This document shows, in pieces, positions 38,025 to 48,584 of a DNA stretch of 64,000 nt. The notes beneath the pieces are model-generated. The model was not told the origin of the DNA, did not search any database, and saw only the letters and a program-made list of their open reading frames with translations. Source of the DNA: Flavobacteriales bacterium UBA7690 (GTDB lineage: Bacteria > Bacteroidota > Bacteroidia > Flavobacteriales_F > PHOS-HE28); the NCBI GenBank assembly GCA_002482775.1, contig DLGQ01000039.1:66182-130181 (forward strand), read 5' to 3'. Within the stretch, counting starts at the first letter, position 1. Each line of letters starts with the position of its first letter. A program made the position numbers and the translations under genes.

Positions 38025-39962
38025 ATGTCCTCTTTTGAAGCGCTCGGTCTACGTGCCGAAACCCTCCAGTCCCTTACCACGATCGGCTTCACCACACCTA
38101 CTCCCGTGCAGGAGCAGGCCATTCCCCTGTTGCTGACGACCGAGAAGGATGTTGTGGCCCTGGCACAGACCGGCACCGGCAAAACGGCCGCCTTCGGCTT
38201 GCCCATGCTGGAGTTCCTGGATCCGCAGGACAAAACGATCCAAAGCCTGATCCTGGCCCCTACACGCGAGTTGTGCGTTCAGATCGCCAAGGACTTGGAG
38301 CGTTTCAGCGCCAACTTGAAGGGAACGCGTATCGTGGCGGTGTACGGCGGTGCCAGCATCCGCGACCAGATCCGCGACATCCAACGCGGCGCACAGATCA
38401 TCGTGGCCACACCCGGCCGCCTGCTGGACCTGATCGGCCGTGGGGTGATGGACCTGACCACCGTTGGCGTTGTTGTGTTGGACGAGGCCGACGAGATGCT
38501 GAACATGGGTTTCCAAGAGGACCTCACAGAGATCCTGGAGAAGACCCCCGAGAACAAGAAGACCTGGCTCTTCAGCGCTACGATGAGCAGCGACGTGCGC
38601 CGCATCGCGAAGCGCTACATGCGTGAGTTCGAAGAGGTGAGCGTGGGGCCTGCCAACAGCGCTGCGGCCGCCATCCAGCACCAATACTGCGTGGTACACT
38701 CCAAGGACCGTTTCGCGGCCTTGAAGCGTTTCATCGATGCCGATGCCGACCTGTTCGCCATCGTCTTCTGCCGCACCAAACACGAGACACAAGACCTGGC
38801 CACGGCCTTGGTGCGCGACGGCTACAACGCCGATGCCATCCACGGCGACCTTTCCCAGGCGCAACGCGATCACGTGATGGGCCGCTACCGTGCCCGCAGC
38901 ATCCGCATGCTGATCGCGACGGACGTGGCGGCGCGCGGGATCGACGTGAAGGACGTGACGCACGTGTTCCACTTCGACCTGCCGGGTGAAGCCGAGAACT
39001 ACACGCACCGCAGTGGCCGTACAGGCCGTGCCGGACGCGCGGGGATCTCGCTCAGCATCATCGGTGTGCGCGACGTGAACAAGATCCGCCAGCTGGAACG
39101 TGCGCTGAAGACACACTTCACCTATGTGCGTGTGCCCGGCGGTGCCGAGATCGGCAAGCAGCAAGTGGTGGCCTACATGAAGCGCTTGAAGAGCGTGGAG
39201 GTGGACAGCGAAGGCTTGGAAGAACTGCTCTCCGAAGCCCGTACCGAATTGATGAGCTTCGAGAAGGAAGAGCTGATCGATCGGTTCATGAGCCTCGCGT
39301 TCAACCGCATCATCGAAGCGCACCGGACCTCGTTCGACCTGAACGTGGACATGAGCCGCAAGGACCACAGCGCCCGCGCGGAACGTCCGTCTTCGCTGGA
39401 GCGCTTCAGCACCGGCCGCCAGATGTTCATCAACCTGGGCACGGCGGATGGTTTCGACAAGGGCAAGATGCTCGGCTACGTCTGCGGCATCAGCGGCATC
39501 AGCGGCGAGCTGATCGGCCGCATGTTGATCAAGGACGTGTACTCCTTCATCGACATCGAACCGGACCACTTCGAGCAGGTGAAGAACTCCTTCAACAACG
39601 CCAACTACAAAGGCCGCAGCGTGCGTGTGGATGAAGCCGCCGGTGGAAGCAAAGGCGGCGAGCCGCGCCCCAGCGGTGGCGGATACAAAGGTGGAGGCGG
39701 CGGTGGTGGCTACAAAGGCGGTGGCGGTGGCTATCGTGGTGGCGGCGACCGTGGCGGTTACCAGGGCGGCAACGACCGTGGCGGGGATCGCGGTGGATAC
39801 CAAGGTGGCCAAGGTGCCCCAGGTGCCCGTCAGGAGCAGAGCAGCTACCGTGGCAACAACGACCGTCCGGCTGCTGATCGCCCGGCGCGCGGTGGATTCC
39901 AGAAAAAGGAAGGCTTCTACGAGCCCAAGCCGAAGTTCCCGAAGAAGGAGCGCAAGAGCTGA
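38025..39962 (+). CDS. DEAD-box ATP-dependent RNA helicase with DbpA-like RNA-binding domain and Gly/Arg/Tyr-rich tail
   Basis: Q motif (TPTPVQEQAIP), AQTGTGKTAAF, VLDEADEML, SAT, HRSGRTGRAG. Confidence 0.92.
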   Translation: MSSFEALGLRAETLQSLTTIGFTTPTPVQEQAIPLLLTTEKDVVALAQTGTGKTAAFGLPMLEFLDPQDKTIQSLILAPTRELCVQIAKDLERFSANLKGTRIVAVYGGASIRDQIRDIQRGAQIIVATPGRLLDLIGRGVMDLTTVGVVVLDEADEMLNMGFQEDLTEILEKTPENKKTWLFSATMSSDVRRIAKRYMREFEEVSVGPANSAAAAIQHQYCVVHSKDRFAALKRFIDADADLFAIVFCRTKHETQDLATALVRDGYNADAIHGDLSQAQRDHVMGRYRARSIRMLIATDVAARGIDVKDVTHVFHFDLPGEAENYTHRSGRTGRAGRAGISLSIIGVRDVNKIRQLERALKTHFTYVRVPGGAEIGKQQVVAYMKRLKSVEVDSEGLEELLSEARTELMSFEKEELIDRFMSLAFNRIIEAHRTSFDLNVDMSRKDHSARAERPSSLERFSTGRQMFINLGTADGFDKGKMLGYVCGISGISGELIGRMLIKDVYSFIDIEPDHFEQVKNSFNNANYKGRSVRVDEAAGGSKGGEPRPSGGGYKGGGGGGGYKGGGGGYRGGGDRGGYQGGNDRGGDRGGYQGGQGAPGARQEQSSYRGNNDRPAADRPARGGFQKKEGFYEPKPKFPKKERKS

Positions 39963-40049
39963 TCTGATCCACTCCACCCACCCGAGGCGGGCAAGTTCGT
40001 GGTGACCGGCGTTGCCGAGGCGTTCCGTTGACAACGATCTTCGCGGGGT

Positions 40050-40592
40050 ATGGACATCCGCACACAACTACTGAAAGAGCATAGCCGCCGGAACACGGAG
40101 GCCATTGCACATTTCGTTGGCCACGACGCACAGCGCTTCGCGGAGCTGATGAAGTTGGTGCTGGCGAACGAGCCGCGCGTGGCCCAGCGTGCGGCCTATG
40201 CCATGAGCGTTGCGTGTGAAGAGAACCCACATCTGACCACCCCGTACCTGAAGCAGCTGATCGATGTGCTGGACCAGGATGTGCATGACGGCATCCACCG
40301 GAACAGCATCCGCATAATGCAGTTCTGCGCGTTGCCGAAGAGGCTTCACGGCCGGATCACCGAGACCATGTTCTTGCGGATCGCGGAACCTCGGCACAGC
40401 ATCGCCGTGCGCGCCTTCGCGATCACCGTTGCCGAGCGTATGGTGAAGCTTTACCCGGAGCTACGGGATGAATTCAAGCTCCTGCTGGAGGCTGCGCTGC
40501 GGGTGGATCCCGGACCGGCGATACGGTCGCGCGCTACCAAGGCACTGAAAGCACTGGAGCGCCACTTGCGCACCGCCACACCACATCGGTGA
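40050..40592 (+). CDS. hypothetical alpha-helical (HEAT-like) protein
   Basis: 180-aa ORF with helix-rich composition and no competing ORF of better quality. No motif recognised. Confidence 0.5.
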   Translation: MDIRTQLLKEHSRRNTEAIAHFVGHDAQRFAELMKLVLANEPRVAQRAAYAMSVACEENPHLTTPYLKQLIDVLDQDVHDGIHRNSIRIMQFCALPKRLHGRITETMFLRIAEPRHSIAVRAFAITVAERMVKLYPELRDEFKLLLEAALRVDPGPAIRSRATKALKALERHLRTATPHR

Positions 40593-40773
40593 GGCCGATA
40601 CAACGCGGGCAACTTGCCGAGGCTCTTCGTAGTCATGTCCGTACCGGTCGAACAAGTCGGCCACTCCCCACCAGCACGACCAGCCGAATTCATCAACCCC
40701 GATCCCCGGTTCGTCGGGTCCGAGCACTACCTTCACCATGGGTCTTCTCACCTTGGCTCTCCGATCATCTACC

Positions 40774-43700
40774 ATGCGTTCACTCCTCCCCGTTCTAGCC
40801 TTTCTCCTCGCTTCACTCACCAACGCCCAGCAGATCAGCATCACGGCGGGTTCGGCCACGAGTTGCTCGGGGGTGATCGAAGACTCCGGAGGGCCCAACG
40901 GTTCGTATTCCGACAACGAGAATTTCACCCTCACCATTTGTCCGGACGTGCCCGGCAATGTGATCTACCTCAACTGGTTCGTATTCAACCTGAGCAACCA
41001 AGGTGGCCCTGGCAACCCGGCGGACAACATCACCATCTATGACGGTGACAACACCAGCGCTACCTCCTTGGGATCCTACTCCGGCAGCGCGCTGCAGAAC
41101 CTGATCGTGAGCGGAACGGTGTTCAACACCAGCGGCTGCCTCACCTTGGTCTTCCGCAGCAACAACGGAGGTATCGGCGACTTCGCAGCAGGCTTCCAGT
41201 GTACCGTGCCCTGCCTCAACCCCACATCGGTGGCTACCATGACCGAGGCTGCGCCCGCATTGATCTGCCAGGGAGAAGCCGTGACCTTCGACGGAACAGG
41301 ATCCACCGCCCAGAACGATTTCAACATCGTGCAATACCTGTGGGACTGGGATGACGGAACGGTGGATAGCACCAGCGGCCCCATTGCCACGCACGTCTTC
41401 GACGATGATGGCGAACATGTGGTGCAACTGTATGTAACGGACGACAACGATTGCCGCAACCTGAACCTGACCGACCTGCAGATCCTGGTGAGCACCACGC
41501 CCACCTTCAGCCCTACGGACGAAAGTCTGGAAACCTGCTTCGGCGAAACGGTGGAGATCTTCGGTGGAGCACTACCTACCACATGGACAGGGATCCCCGA
41601 TGCGAACTTCGGCGAAGGCATCTTCCTTCCGGATGATGTGGGCCTGCCGTTCACCTCTACGCTCACCTTTGAACAGTTCGATTTCGGCCAGTTGGTAACG
41701 AGCCTTACCGACATCGAGTCCATCTGCGTGGAGATGGAACACACCTTCATGGGTGATCTCGTGCTGCAGGTGATCTGCCCCAACGGTCAATCCATGATCT
41801 TCCACCAACAAGGTGGCGGCGGCACGTATCTCGGGTCGCCGAACGACCTGGACAGCAACGACGATCCGATCTTCGGGGAATGTTGGGAATACTGCTGGAG
41901 CCCTACGGCCACCAACGGAACATGGGTAGAGAACGTGGATGCCGGCGGCATGACCACCCCTTCCGGCACTCCACAGAGCGGATCGATGAACCCCGGAACC
42001 TACGAGCCGGTGCAGACCTTCAACAACCTGATCGGCTGCCCGCTCAACGGCGACTGGACCTATCAAAGCACCGACCTCTGGGGTGCTGATAACGGCTTCA
42101 TCTGCTCGTGGTCCATGAACTTCAACCCGGACATCATTCCGGATGTCACCACCTTCACGCCATCCTTCGGACCTGATGCCGACTCCAGCGCATGGACCGG
42201 CGGCACCACCCCCGACCTGATCTCCGCGAATGGCGACACGATCACCTTCACCGCTACGGTACCGGGCGAATATCCTTTCGTGTATTCCGTTACCGACAAC
42301 TTCGGCTGCACGTACGACACCACCATCACATTAACGGTCAACGAGCCGTTCGTGCTTGATGCCGGCGACGATGTGGTGATGTGTTCCGACTCCATTCAAC
42401 TTCAAGCCACGGTGGTGGGCGCTTCCACACCGTGCGAATGGACCCTGCAAATGGACGACTCCGCGTTCGATGGTTGGAACGGCGCTAGTCTCACCATCAC
42501 CGTGGATGGCGTGGAAACGGACTACACTATGCCTTTCGGTGGAACCGCGACCGAACCCATCGCCGTGGTCGCCGGAGATGCCATCACATTGACCTACACG
42601 GCAGGCTTCTGGGAGAGTGAAGTGTCCTACGCCCTGCTCGACGACCAAGGCAACGTGCTCTTCTCCGATGGCCCCAACCCCGGCACGGGTGTAGTTTGGA
42701 ACGGTACAGCTTCTTGCGACGGCGCGGACGGCATGGTCTGGTCGTGGTCGCCTGTCGAGGGCCTCTCCGACCCCACCGTTCCCGACCCCATGGTGTATAT
42801 CACGAGCCCCACGATGTACGTGGTGAACACGCACATAATAGGCCACCCCATCTGCAACGCGCTAGACAGTGTTTTCGTGGACATCGACCCCGGTTTGAAC
42901 CCGGGCTTGGACTCGCTGGTGATCCTGTGCGCTACACCGCCTAGCTACCAACTGATCGACCTGCTGGCAGGAACACCAGATGCGGGCGGGGTATGGACCA
43001 ACGCCAACGGTGACGTGGTGCCCAGTGTGTTCGACCCGCAAGTGGACCCCGCTGGGGTTTACACCTACACACTGGAAACCCCACTGGGTTGCACGGGCAC
43101 TGCTGATGTGGAGATCCAGATACTACCAGCCAGCGACCCCAGTTGTTGCGGCGTGGCGGATGCCGGACCCGATTCCACCATCTGCACCTTGCTCTACCAA
43201 CTGAACGCTACACCAGGTAACACCGACGTGGGTGAATGGAGCGGACCTGCGGGGTACGTCTTCGACAACGCACAGGATCCACAGACCAACGTTACCGCAC
43301 CGGACAGTGGACCCGCGATGTTCTACTGGACAGAGGACGATGGAGTCCTGTGCTACCTGATCGACAGTGTGACCATCACCTTCACCCGGCCGCTGATGGC
43401 CACCACCGTGTTGAGCGATGCCATCTGCTTCGAGGCCTGCGATGGTACCGCACTGGTGAGCGTGACCGGCGGCAACGGCGACTTCACGTACACATGGAGC
43501 GACACGACCTTGGCGGACACCAGCTACATCGAGACGTTCTGCGCTGGGGATCATGGGGTGACCATCACCGACGAGAATGGATGCTTCACCTCGACCGAAT
43601 TCACGATCAGTCAACCCGTATTGTTGCAGATAGACAGTGTGAGCCATGTGCTGCCGTGGTGCCATGGTGATGAGAACGGTTCCATCTCCATCTACGATCC

Positions 43701-44391
43701 AGAAGCAGTGGAATACAGTTTTGATGGTGGCGTGACCTTCTCCACTTCCACCCTCGCCGAAGAACTCGGCACCGGCTTGTACGATCTGCAGATCCGCAAC
43801 GCTGCCGGTTGTGTGGGCACGCTCGCCTACAATTTGCCAGAGCCTCCGCAAGTGATCGCCGAATTCATCCACGGTCCGGACCCCGCCAATGTGGAGGCCC
43901 CGACGATCACCTTCGGCAACCTCTCCCAGAACTCCATTGCGTGGGCTTGGGATATCGCTGGTCTCGCCACCTCCGACGCGCTGCATCCGCAATACACCTT
44001 CACCAACAAGGTACCCGACACCTACGAGGTCTGCCTGATCGCACGTGACGCCAACGCTTGCGCGGATACCATTTGCCACACGGTGATCATCAACGACGTG
44101 CTCTATACCTACATCCCCAATGCCTTCACACCGGATGGTGATGGGGAGAACGAAGGATGGAACGTGCACTTCAATGTGCCGGACGTGACCGGATTCGACC
44201 TGAAGGTGTATGACCGTTGGGGCAAGGTGGTCTTCGCGGCTACGGACCCGAACATCCGCTGGAACGGCACACTGAACAATGGTGGAGGCGATATACTGAA
44301 ACAAGACGTTTACGCCTACCGCGTGGTGTACCAGGTGAAAAGCACCGGTGGCGGACGTGAATATCTAGGCCACGTGAGCTTGCTGAAGTGA
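40774..44391 (+). CDS. large mosaic secreted protein with T9SS type-B C-terminal sorting domain
   Basis: Signal peptide MRSLLPVLAFLLASLTNAQQ. CUB-like ITIYDGDNTSATSLGSYSG. PKD-like WDWDDGT...HVF...G.H.V.L.VTDDNDC. Proprotein-convertase P-domain-like VEMEHTFMGDLVLQVICPNGQ. SprB-type CFEACDGTALVSVTGGNGDFTYTW. C-terminus YIPNAFTPDGDGENE...YDRWGKVVF...GHVSLLK. Confidence 0.85.
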   Translation: MRSLLPVLAFLLASLTNAQQISITAGSATSCSGVIEDSGGPNGSYSDNENFTLTICPDVPGNVIYLNWFVFNLSNQGGPGNPADNITIYDGDNTSATSLGSYSGSALQNLIVSGTVFNTSGCLTLVFRSNNGGIGDFAAGFQCTVPCLNPTSVATMTEAAPALICQGEAVTFDGTGSTAQNDFNIVQYLWDWDDGTVDSTSGPIATHVFDDDGEHVVQLYVTDDNDCRNLNLTDLQILVSTTPTFSPTDESLETCFGETVEIFGGALPTTWTGIPDANFGEGIFLPDDVGLPFTSTLTFEQFDFGQLVTSLTDIESICVEMEHTFMGDLVLQVICPNGQSMIFHQQGGGGTYLGSPNDLDSNDDPIFGECWEYCWSPTATNGTWVENVDAGGMTTPSGTPQSGSMNPGTYEPVQTFNNLIGCPLNGDWTYQSTDLWGADNGFICSWSMNFNPDIIPDVTTFTPSFGPDADSSAWTGGTTPDLISANGDTITFTATVPGEYPFVYSVTDNFGCTYDTTITLTVNEPFVLDAGDDVVMCSDSIQLQATVVGASTPCEWTLQMDDSAFDGWNGASLTITVDGVETDYTMPFGGTATEPIAVVAGDAITLTYTAGFWESEVSYALLDDQGNVLFSDGPNPGTGVVWNGTASCDGADGMVWSWSPVEGLSDPTVPDPMVYITSPTMYVVNTHIIGHPICNALDSVFVDIDPGLNPGLDSLVILCATPPSYQLIDLLAGTPDAGGVWTNANGDVVPSVFDPQVDPAGVYTYTLETPLGCTGTADVEIQILPASDPSCCGVADAGPDSTICTLLYQLNATPGNTDVGEWSGPAGYVFDNAQDPQTNVTAPDSGPAMFYWTEDDGVLCYLIDSVTITFTRPLMATTVLSDAICFEACDGTALVSVTGGNGDFTYTWSDTTLADTSYIETFCAGDHGVTITDENGCFTSTEFTISQPVLLQIDSVSHVLPWCHGDENGSISIYDPEAVEYSFDGGVTFSTSTLAEELGTGLYDLQIRNAAGCVGTLAYNLPEPPQVIAEFIHGPDPANVEAPTITFGNLSQNSIAWAWDIAGLATSDALHPQYTFTNKVPDTYEVCLIARDANACADTICHTVIINDVLYTYIPNAFTPDGDGENEGWNVHFNVPDVTGFDLKVYDRWGKVVFAATDPNIRWNGTLNNGGGDILKQDVYAYRVVYQVKSTGGGREYLGHVSLLK

Positions 44392-44392
44392 T

Positions 44393-44409
44393 CAGCGGGA
44401 TCACCGCTG
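44393..44409. terminator. possible bidirectional terminator hairpin between convergent genes
   Basis: CAGCGG-GATCA-CCGCTG, a 6-bp stem in the 26-nt gap between stops at 44391 and 44418. There is no clear U-tract. Confidence 0.3.
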
Positions 44410-44417
44410 GCATGTTG

Positions 44418-45920
44418 CTATTCGTCTGAAAGGGCGAACACCTGTGTAGCGAGCCCGGGATCAAGCACTGGTGTCACACCGGGGTCGAAAGCCCGATGAA
44501 CACCTTGGCGTAACAGGGCGTGATCGGTATCAGGCAGTTGGTGCCAGATGCGTTCGAATTCTTGGAGTGCCGTTGTATCAGCCGTTGATCGTCGGTCGAA
44601 CAAGGCTGCGGTGAAGCCCCAAGCTGCACCCTTGACCAGCGGATCGTGCCTTACAGGTCCTGCCCCATCGATGATCCGCCGAAGTCGTTCCGGATCATCC
44701 CCGAATTTGCGGCCCAGCACCCAACCAGTGGCTTCATCGTTCGGTGACGCGTAATGGGGTGTTCTGTACATGTGGACCAGTGAAGCACCCAAGCAGCCGA
44801 CGATCCAAGCGGTGCGCACCTTGTTGCCGTATCGCGGAAGTTCACCGGAGCCTTCGATGATCAACAACACCAACAACGGTGCGATGAACGGGAAATAGCG
44901 GTAGTACAGGTAGCCATTGCCATCTGCACGAGGTTCGAAGAAGGGACCTATGATCAGCGCCAGCAGGAAGACGAGAACAGTAAGGATCATCAGGTGCAAT
45001 GCCGGCGAACGCTCGTCTTTGATGCGCCATGCAAGCGAGACACCGAGCACGATGAGCGCTAGGACCCCTGTCGCCAAGAGCCGTGGAAGCCATTGATCCA
45101 TGCGTAGCAGCGCGAAAGACCCGGGCAAGGCGGCGGTCAGCACGGCCCAGGTCTTCCCGGGCCATGTTGAAAGATCGATACCTTCCTTTTCCAACCCGCG
45201 AACGGAAAGCACGGAAAGCTCCTCCAACGCGAAACCGTGATCGATGAACGTCCGGATGAACAGATGCGGAAGGAAGGCCAGCACTGCACCCAGACCGAAC
45301 ATCACGATCCGCTTCATCCGAACATTCAACCGATCCTTGGAGAAGAGCTCGAATATGATCCACGCCGGTGCGAAGATCCAAACATCGTAGGCTAACGATG
45401 CCAACGCACCGCAGAACAGGCCTAACACGAACCGTGAGCGATCCTTCCGCATGGCGAAGGCGATCAGCACGAACGGCGCGAAGGACATCAGCGCATGGAG
45501 GCCGAAATCGATGATGGACCAAGGCAGCATCAACGGCGCAGCGAAGACCGTCCACACCGCGAACCACATCGCCGTGCGGGCTCCGAAAAGCCGGTGTGCA
45601 ACGTTGATCTGGATGATGCGAACGAGGGTATCCACCAGTAGCGCAGCCCACGAAAGCGGCGGCATTATCCCACTCAATGGAACGAACAGGAACGCCAGCA
45701 ACCCCAGGAACGAACTACCACCTTCGTGTGGATAGTGGATCAGTTGCTTGTACGCGAACGTTCCACCGTTGACCAGATCCTCTAGCGCCAAGCCCCACGC
45801 CAATTGATCCGGAGCGCTGTTCCATAATTCATGCGAAGAACCGAACGCGAAGCGCACGAGGGTACCTGCCATGACCAACAGGGGCAAAGAAGAGCGCTGC
45901 ATCGCATCCAGGTGGTTCAT
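44418..45920 (-). CDS. polytopic membrane protein with C-terminal soluble domain (function unknown)
   Basis: About 500 aa from MNHLDAMQ. At least 10 hydrophobic segments precede a ~110-aa hydrophilic tail. Start is uncertain (45905/45920/46016). Confidence 0.55.
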   Translation of the reverse strand: MNHLDAMQRSSLPLLVMAGTLVRFAFGSSHELWNSAPDQLAWGLALEDLVNGGTFAYKQLIHYPHEGGSSFLGLLAFLFVPLSGIMPPLSWAALLVDTLVRIIQINVAHRLFGARTAMWFAVWTVFAAPLMLPWSIIDFGLHALMSFAPFVLIAFAMRKDRSRFVLGLFCGALASLAYDVWIFAPAWIIFELFSKDRLNVRMKRIVMFGLGAVLAFLPHLFIRTFIDHGFALEELSVLSVRGLEKEGIDLSTWPGKTWAVLTAALPGSFALLRMDQWLPRLLATGVLALIVLGVSLAWRIKDERSPALHLMILTVLVFLLALIIGPFFEPRADGNGYLYYRYFPFIAPLLVLLIIEGSGELPRYGNKVRTAWIVGCLGASLVHMYRTPHYASPNDEATGWVLGRKFGDDPERLRRIIDGAGPVRHDPLVKGAAWGFTAALFDRRSTADTTALQEFERIWHQLPDTDHALLRQGVHRAFDPGVTPVLDPGLATQVFALSDE

Positions 45921-45981
45921 GCTCTCTCGTCTCCGATACGAAGGTATCCGCCATCCAGCGATCACATCCTTCCTTTGTGGC

Positions 45982-46494
45982 ATGGACTTCCTCCGCGCGA
46001 CCCACAAAGAATTCACGCACTACCGATCGCTTGGTGATCGCACCTTCTTACAACTTACAGATGAAATGCTGCACCGTGAACCGGCTCCGGGGAGCAACTC
46101 CATCGCCACGATCGTGAAGCACATGCACGGCAACATGCTGTCGCGTTGGACGGACTTCCTCACATCCGATGGCGAGAAACCCTGGCGTCAGCGAGAGGCC
46201 GAATTCAATAACGACCTCCGGACGCGCGAAGCCGTTCTCCAGCGGTGGGATCAGGGATGGTCATGCCTCTTCAACGCGATCGGACCACTGACCACGGCGG
46301 ACCTCGCACGCATCGTTACCATCCGGACCGAACCACATACCGTGGAACAAGCCATCGTACGCCAACTCGCCCACCTACCCTACCATGTTGGGCAGATCGT
46401 GCTGCTAGGCAAACTCTTCTTAGGGGACCAGTTCAGTTCCCTGACCATTCCGAGAGGCGGCAGCGCTGAGTTCAACAAGGCCAAAGGAATGTGA
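45982..46494 (+). CDS. DinB-like/DUF1572-type protein
   Basis: HMHGNMLSRWTDFL...GEKPWRQREAEF...VRQLAHLPYHVGQIVLLGK, a four-helix DinB-type His pattern. Confidence 0.7.
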   Translation: MDFLRATHKEFTHYRSLGDRTFLQLTDEMLHREPAPGSNSIATIVKHMHGNMLSRWTDFLTSDGEKPWRQREAEFNNDLRTREAVLQRWDQGWSCLFNAIGPLTTADLARIVTIRTEPHTVEQAIVRQLAHLPYHVGQIVLLGKLFLGDQFSSLTIPRGGSAEFNKAKGM

Positions 46495-46548
46495 TGAACA
46501 GCGAGCTGGAGGTGAGGAACACCGGCGCAGGCGCGATACCTTTTCACC

Positions 46549-47454
46549 ATGCGACCGCAGCTGCTCGCGCCCATCGTGGCCTTCGCCTTCTCGCTCCAAG
46601 CCCTGGCACAGCAGGTCCCGGACACGGCTTTCAATTACACCCCCAGGACACCAACCTACGCTAGAGGAAAAGGGCCTGTTGTACTGCTCGATGAAGCGCA
46701 TCATAATTTCCACCGCATGGATGGGCGCTACATGGCCTTTGCCCGGACCCTTGAGAACGATGGGTATGTGGTGCTGCCGGGCTCAGCGCCATTCACGTCT
46801 GAACAGCTGAAGCAAGCCAGGATACTGGTGATCGCGAACGCCTTGGGTGATGATGGGCCATGGGTGCTACCTACCGCGCACGCGTTCACCAGCGAAGAAG
46901 CCGCCGCTGTTGAAGCTTGGGTGCGCGCCGGTGGAAGCCTGTTCCTGATCGCCGATCATATGCCCTTCGGTGGTGCCGCGCGCAGACTTGGCCGTGCCTT
47001 CGGCTTCAACTGGATCAACGGATACGCCATGCGCGATGATGGCGGTCCGGAACGTTTCTCCCGCAAGGCCGGCAACCTTGTGCCCAACGCGATCACCGAT
47101 GGTGCTTCCTTGGAAGACCGCATCGACAGCGTGATGGTGTTCACGGGAAGCGCTTTCATAGCACCACCAGAAGCCACGCCGATCCTGAAGCTGGACAGTG
47201 ACTACTCGATCCTCCTCCCCGAACAAGCGGGCACTTTCACGGACACCACCGCTTGGATCGAAGGCCGCTATTTCCTCAACGCCGCCATGCTAGAACATGG
47301 GAAAGGTCGCGTGGTCTGTTCCGGCGAAGCCGCCATGTTCAGCGCCCAACGCCATGGGCCCCAACTACAGCCCGTTGGCATGAACCAGCCGGGTGCCGAG
47401 CAGAACCCGCGCTTGCTCTTGAACATCATTCGTTGGCTGGATCGGCGGTTGTGA
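46549..47454 (+). CDS. secreted hypothetical protein
   Basis: Signal peptide MRPQLLAPIVAFAFSLQALAQ. 301 aa. No family recognised with confidence. Confidence 0.55.
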   Translation: MRPQLLAPIVAFAFSLQALAQQVPDTAFNYTPRTPTYARGKGPVVLLDEAHHNFHRMDGRYMAFARTLENDGYVVLPGSAPFTSEQLKQARILVIANALGDDGPWVLPTAHAFTSEEAAAVEAWVRAGGSLFLIADHMPFGGAARRLGRAFGFNWINGYAMRDDGGPERFSRKAGNLVPNAITDGASLEDRIDSVMVFTGSAFIAPPEATPILKLDSDYSILLPEQAGTFTDTTAWIEGRYFLNAAMLEHGKGRVVCSGEAAMFSAQRHGPQLQPVGMNQPGAEQNPRLLLNIIRWLDRRL

Positions 47455-47619
47455 TGCAACGGGAATGCGCAGGGGGAGTTTCTAAAAGACCCCATGGCGC
47501 AGCGCGCATTCGCCATGGTACACCACACGAATGGGGAAACAGCACCCCACGGGATCCGATCCGCAAGCGTAGAAGCACGTGGCACTGGAATGGATGATCC
47601 GCCAGAAACACCCACATCC

Positions 47620-48243
47620 ATGAAGCACACCTTCTTCTTGCCGCTGGTCATCCTCCTGGCCACTTCCTCTTCCGCGATAGCCCAAGGCCCACGCGCTGGC
47701 GTGAAAGGCGGCGTGAACCTGAGCACGCTCTACAACAATGAGGTTAGTGACCAGAATGCCCGCGTAGGCTTGAATGCCGGTTTCTTCGGACGCACCAGCG
47801 TGGAGGACCCCATCGGCCTACAGGTGGAACTGCTGTACTCTTCCAAAGGCAATCGCACGAACTACGATGGTGTGTTCGGCTTCATCGACCAGACCGTGGA
47901 CTTCAACCTGAACTACCTCTCCATTCCTGCGATGATCGCGTTCCGCTTCGGCGATCAGGCCATCGAGCTACAGGCCGGTGGATATGCCGCCTATTTGATG
48001 AGCGCGAACGCGAACACCGAAGGTGATCTCGGGTCAGGATCGGAGGAACTGGACAAGGACAACTTCAATTCCTTCGATGCAGGACTGGTCGGTGGCGTCG
48101 CGTTCAACGCTGGTGTGATCCAGATCGGTGCGCGGTACGAGTACGGATTGATGACCATCGCGGACAGCGACGGTGCCAAGCTGTTGTTGGGCGACGCGAA
48201 GAACGCTTGCGCGCAGCTCTACATCGCTGTGGGCATGCCGTAA
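47620..48243 (+). CDS. outer-membrane beta-barrel (porin-family, OMP_b-brl_2-like) protein
   Basis: Signal peptide MKHTFFLPLVILLATSSSAIAQ, GVKGGVNLSTL, alternating-hydrophobic strands, and a terminal aromatic-rich strand. Confidence 0.7.
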   Translation: MKHTFFLPLVILLATSSSAIAQGPRAGVKGGVNLSTLYNNEVSDQNARVGLNAGFFGRTSVEDPIGLQVELLYSSKGNRTNYDGVFGFIDQTVDFNLNYLSIPAMIAFRFGDQAIELQAGGYAAYLMSANANTEGDLGSGSEELDKDNFNSFDAGLVGGVAFNAGVIQIGARYEYGLMTIADSDGAKLLLGDAKNACAQLYIAVGMP

Positions 48244-48245
48244 GG

Positions 48246-48584
48246 TCAGATCTCTTCCAACACGGAAGATCCGGATGTGCGATCGCCGCTGGTCCATTGC
48301 CAGCGCTCGTGCAGCCGGATCTTCCCGTTCGGCAACACTTCGGGAACAGAGGTGCAGGTACCTGTCATCAACTCGCCCTTATCGTTGATCTGGTGGTACC
48401 GCATATCGATCCGTCCCTCAGCATCCACCAAGGCGATCAGGTGGCCGATGCGGATCCTTCCCCCTGCATACGTGGATGATAGCACAGGGCCCTCCTGCTT
48501 GTAGTGGAAGATGGTATCCGGTGAAGTTTCTCCGTTGGCCGTGTTCTGCACTGGCCTGAAGCGGCGGTCGTTGTAATCGATCAT
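48246..48584 (-). CDS. small conserved hypothetical protein
   Basis: 112 aa. 4-nt overlap with the upstream ogt gene, which suggests co-transcription. Confidence 0.55.
   Translation of the reverse strand: MIDYNDRRFRPVQNTANGETSPDTIFHYKQEGPVLSSTYAGGRIRIGHLIALVDAEGRIDMRYHQINDKGELMTGTCTSVPEVLPNGKIRLHERWQWTSGDRTSGSSVLEEI

Noticed and set aside
38049-40067. 672-aa ORF on the minus strand, the longest alternative frame in this part of the window
   Set aside because: It is fully antisense to the DEAD-box helicase, whose sense frame carries every helicase motif. The antisense product is Ala/Arg/Gly/His-rich low complexity, typical of shadow ORFs in high-GC DNA.
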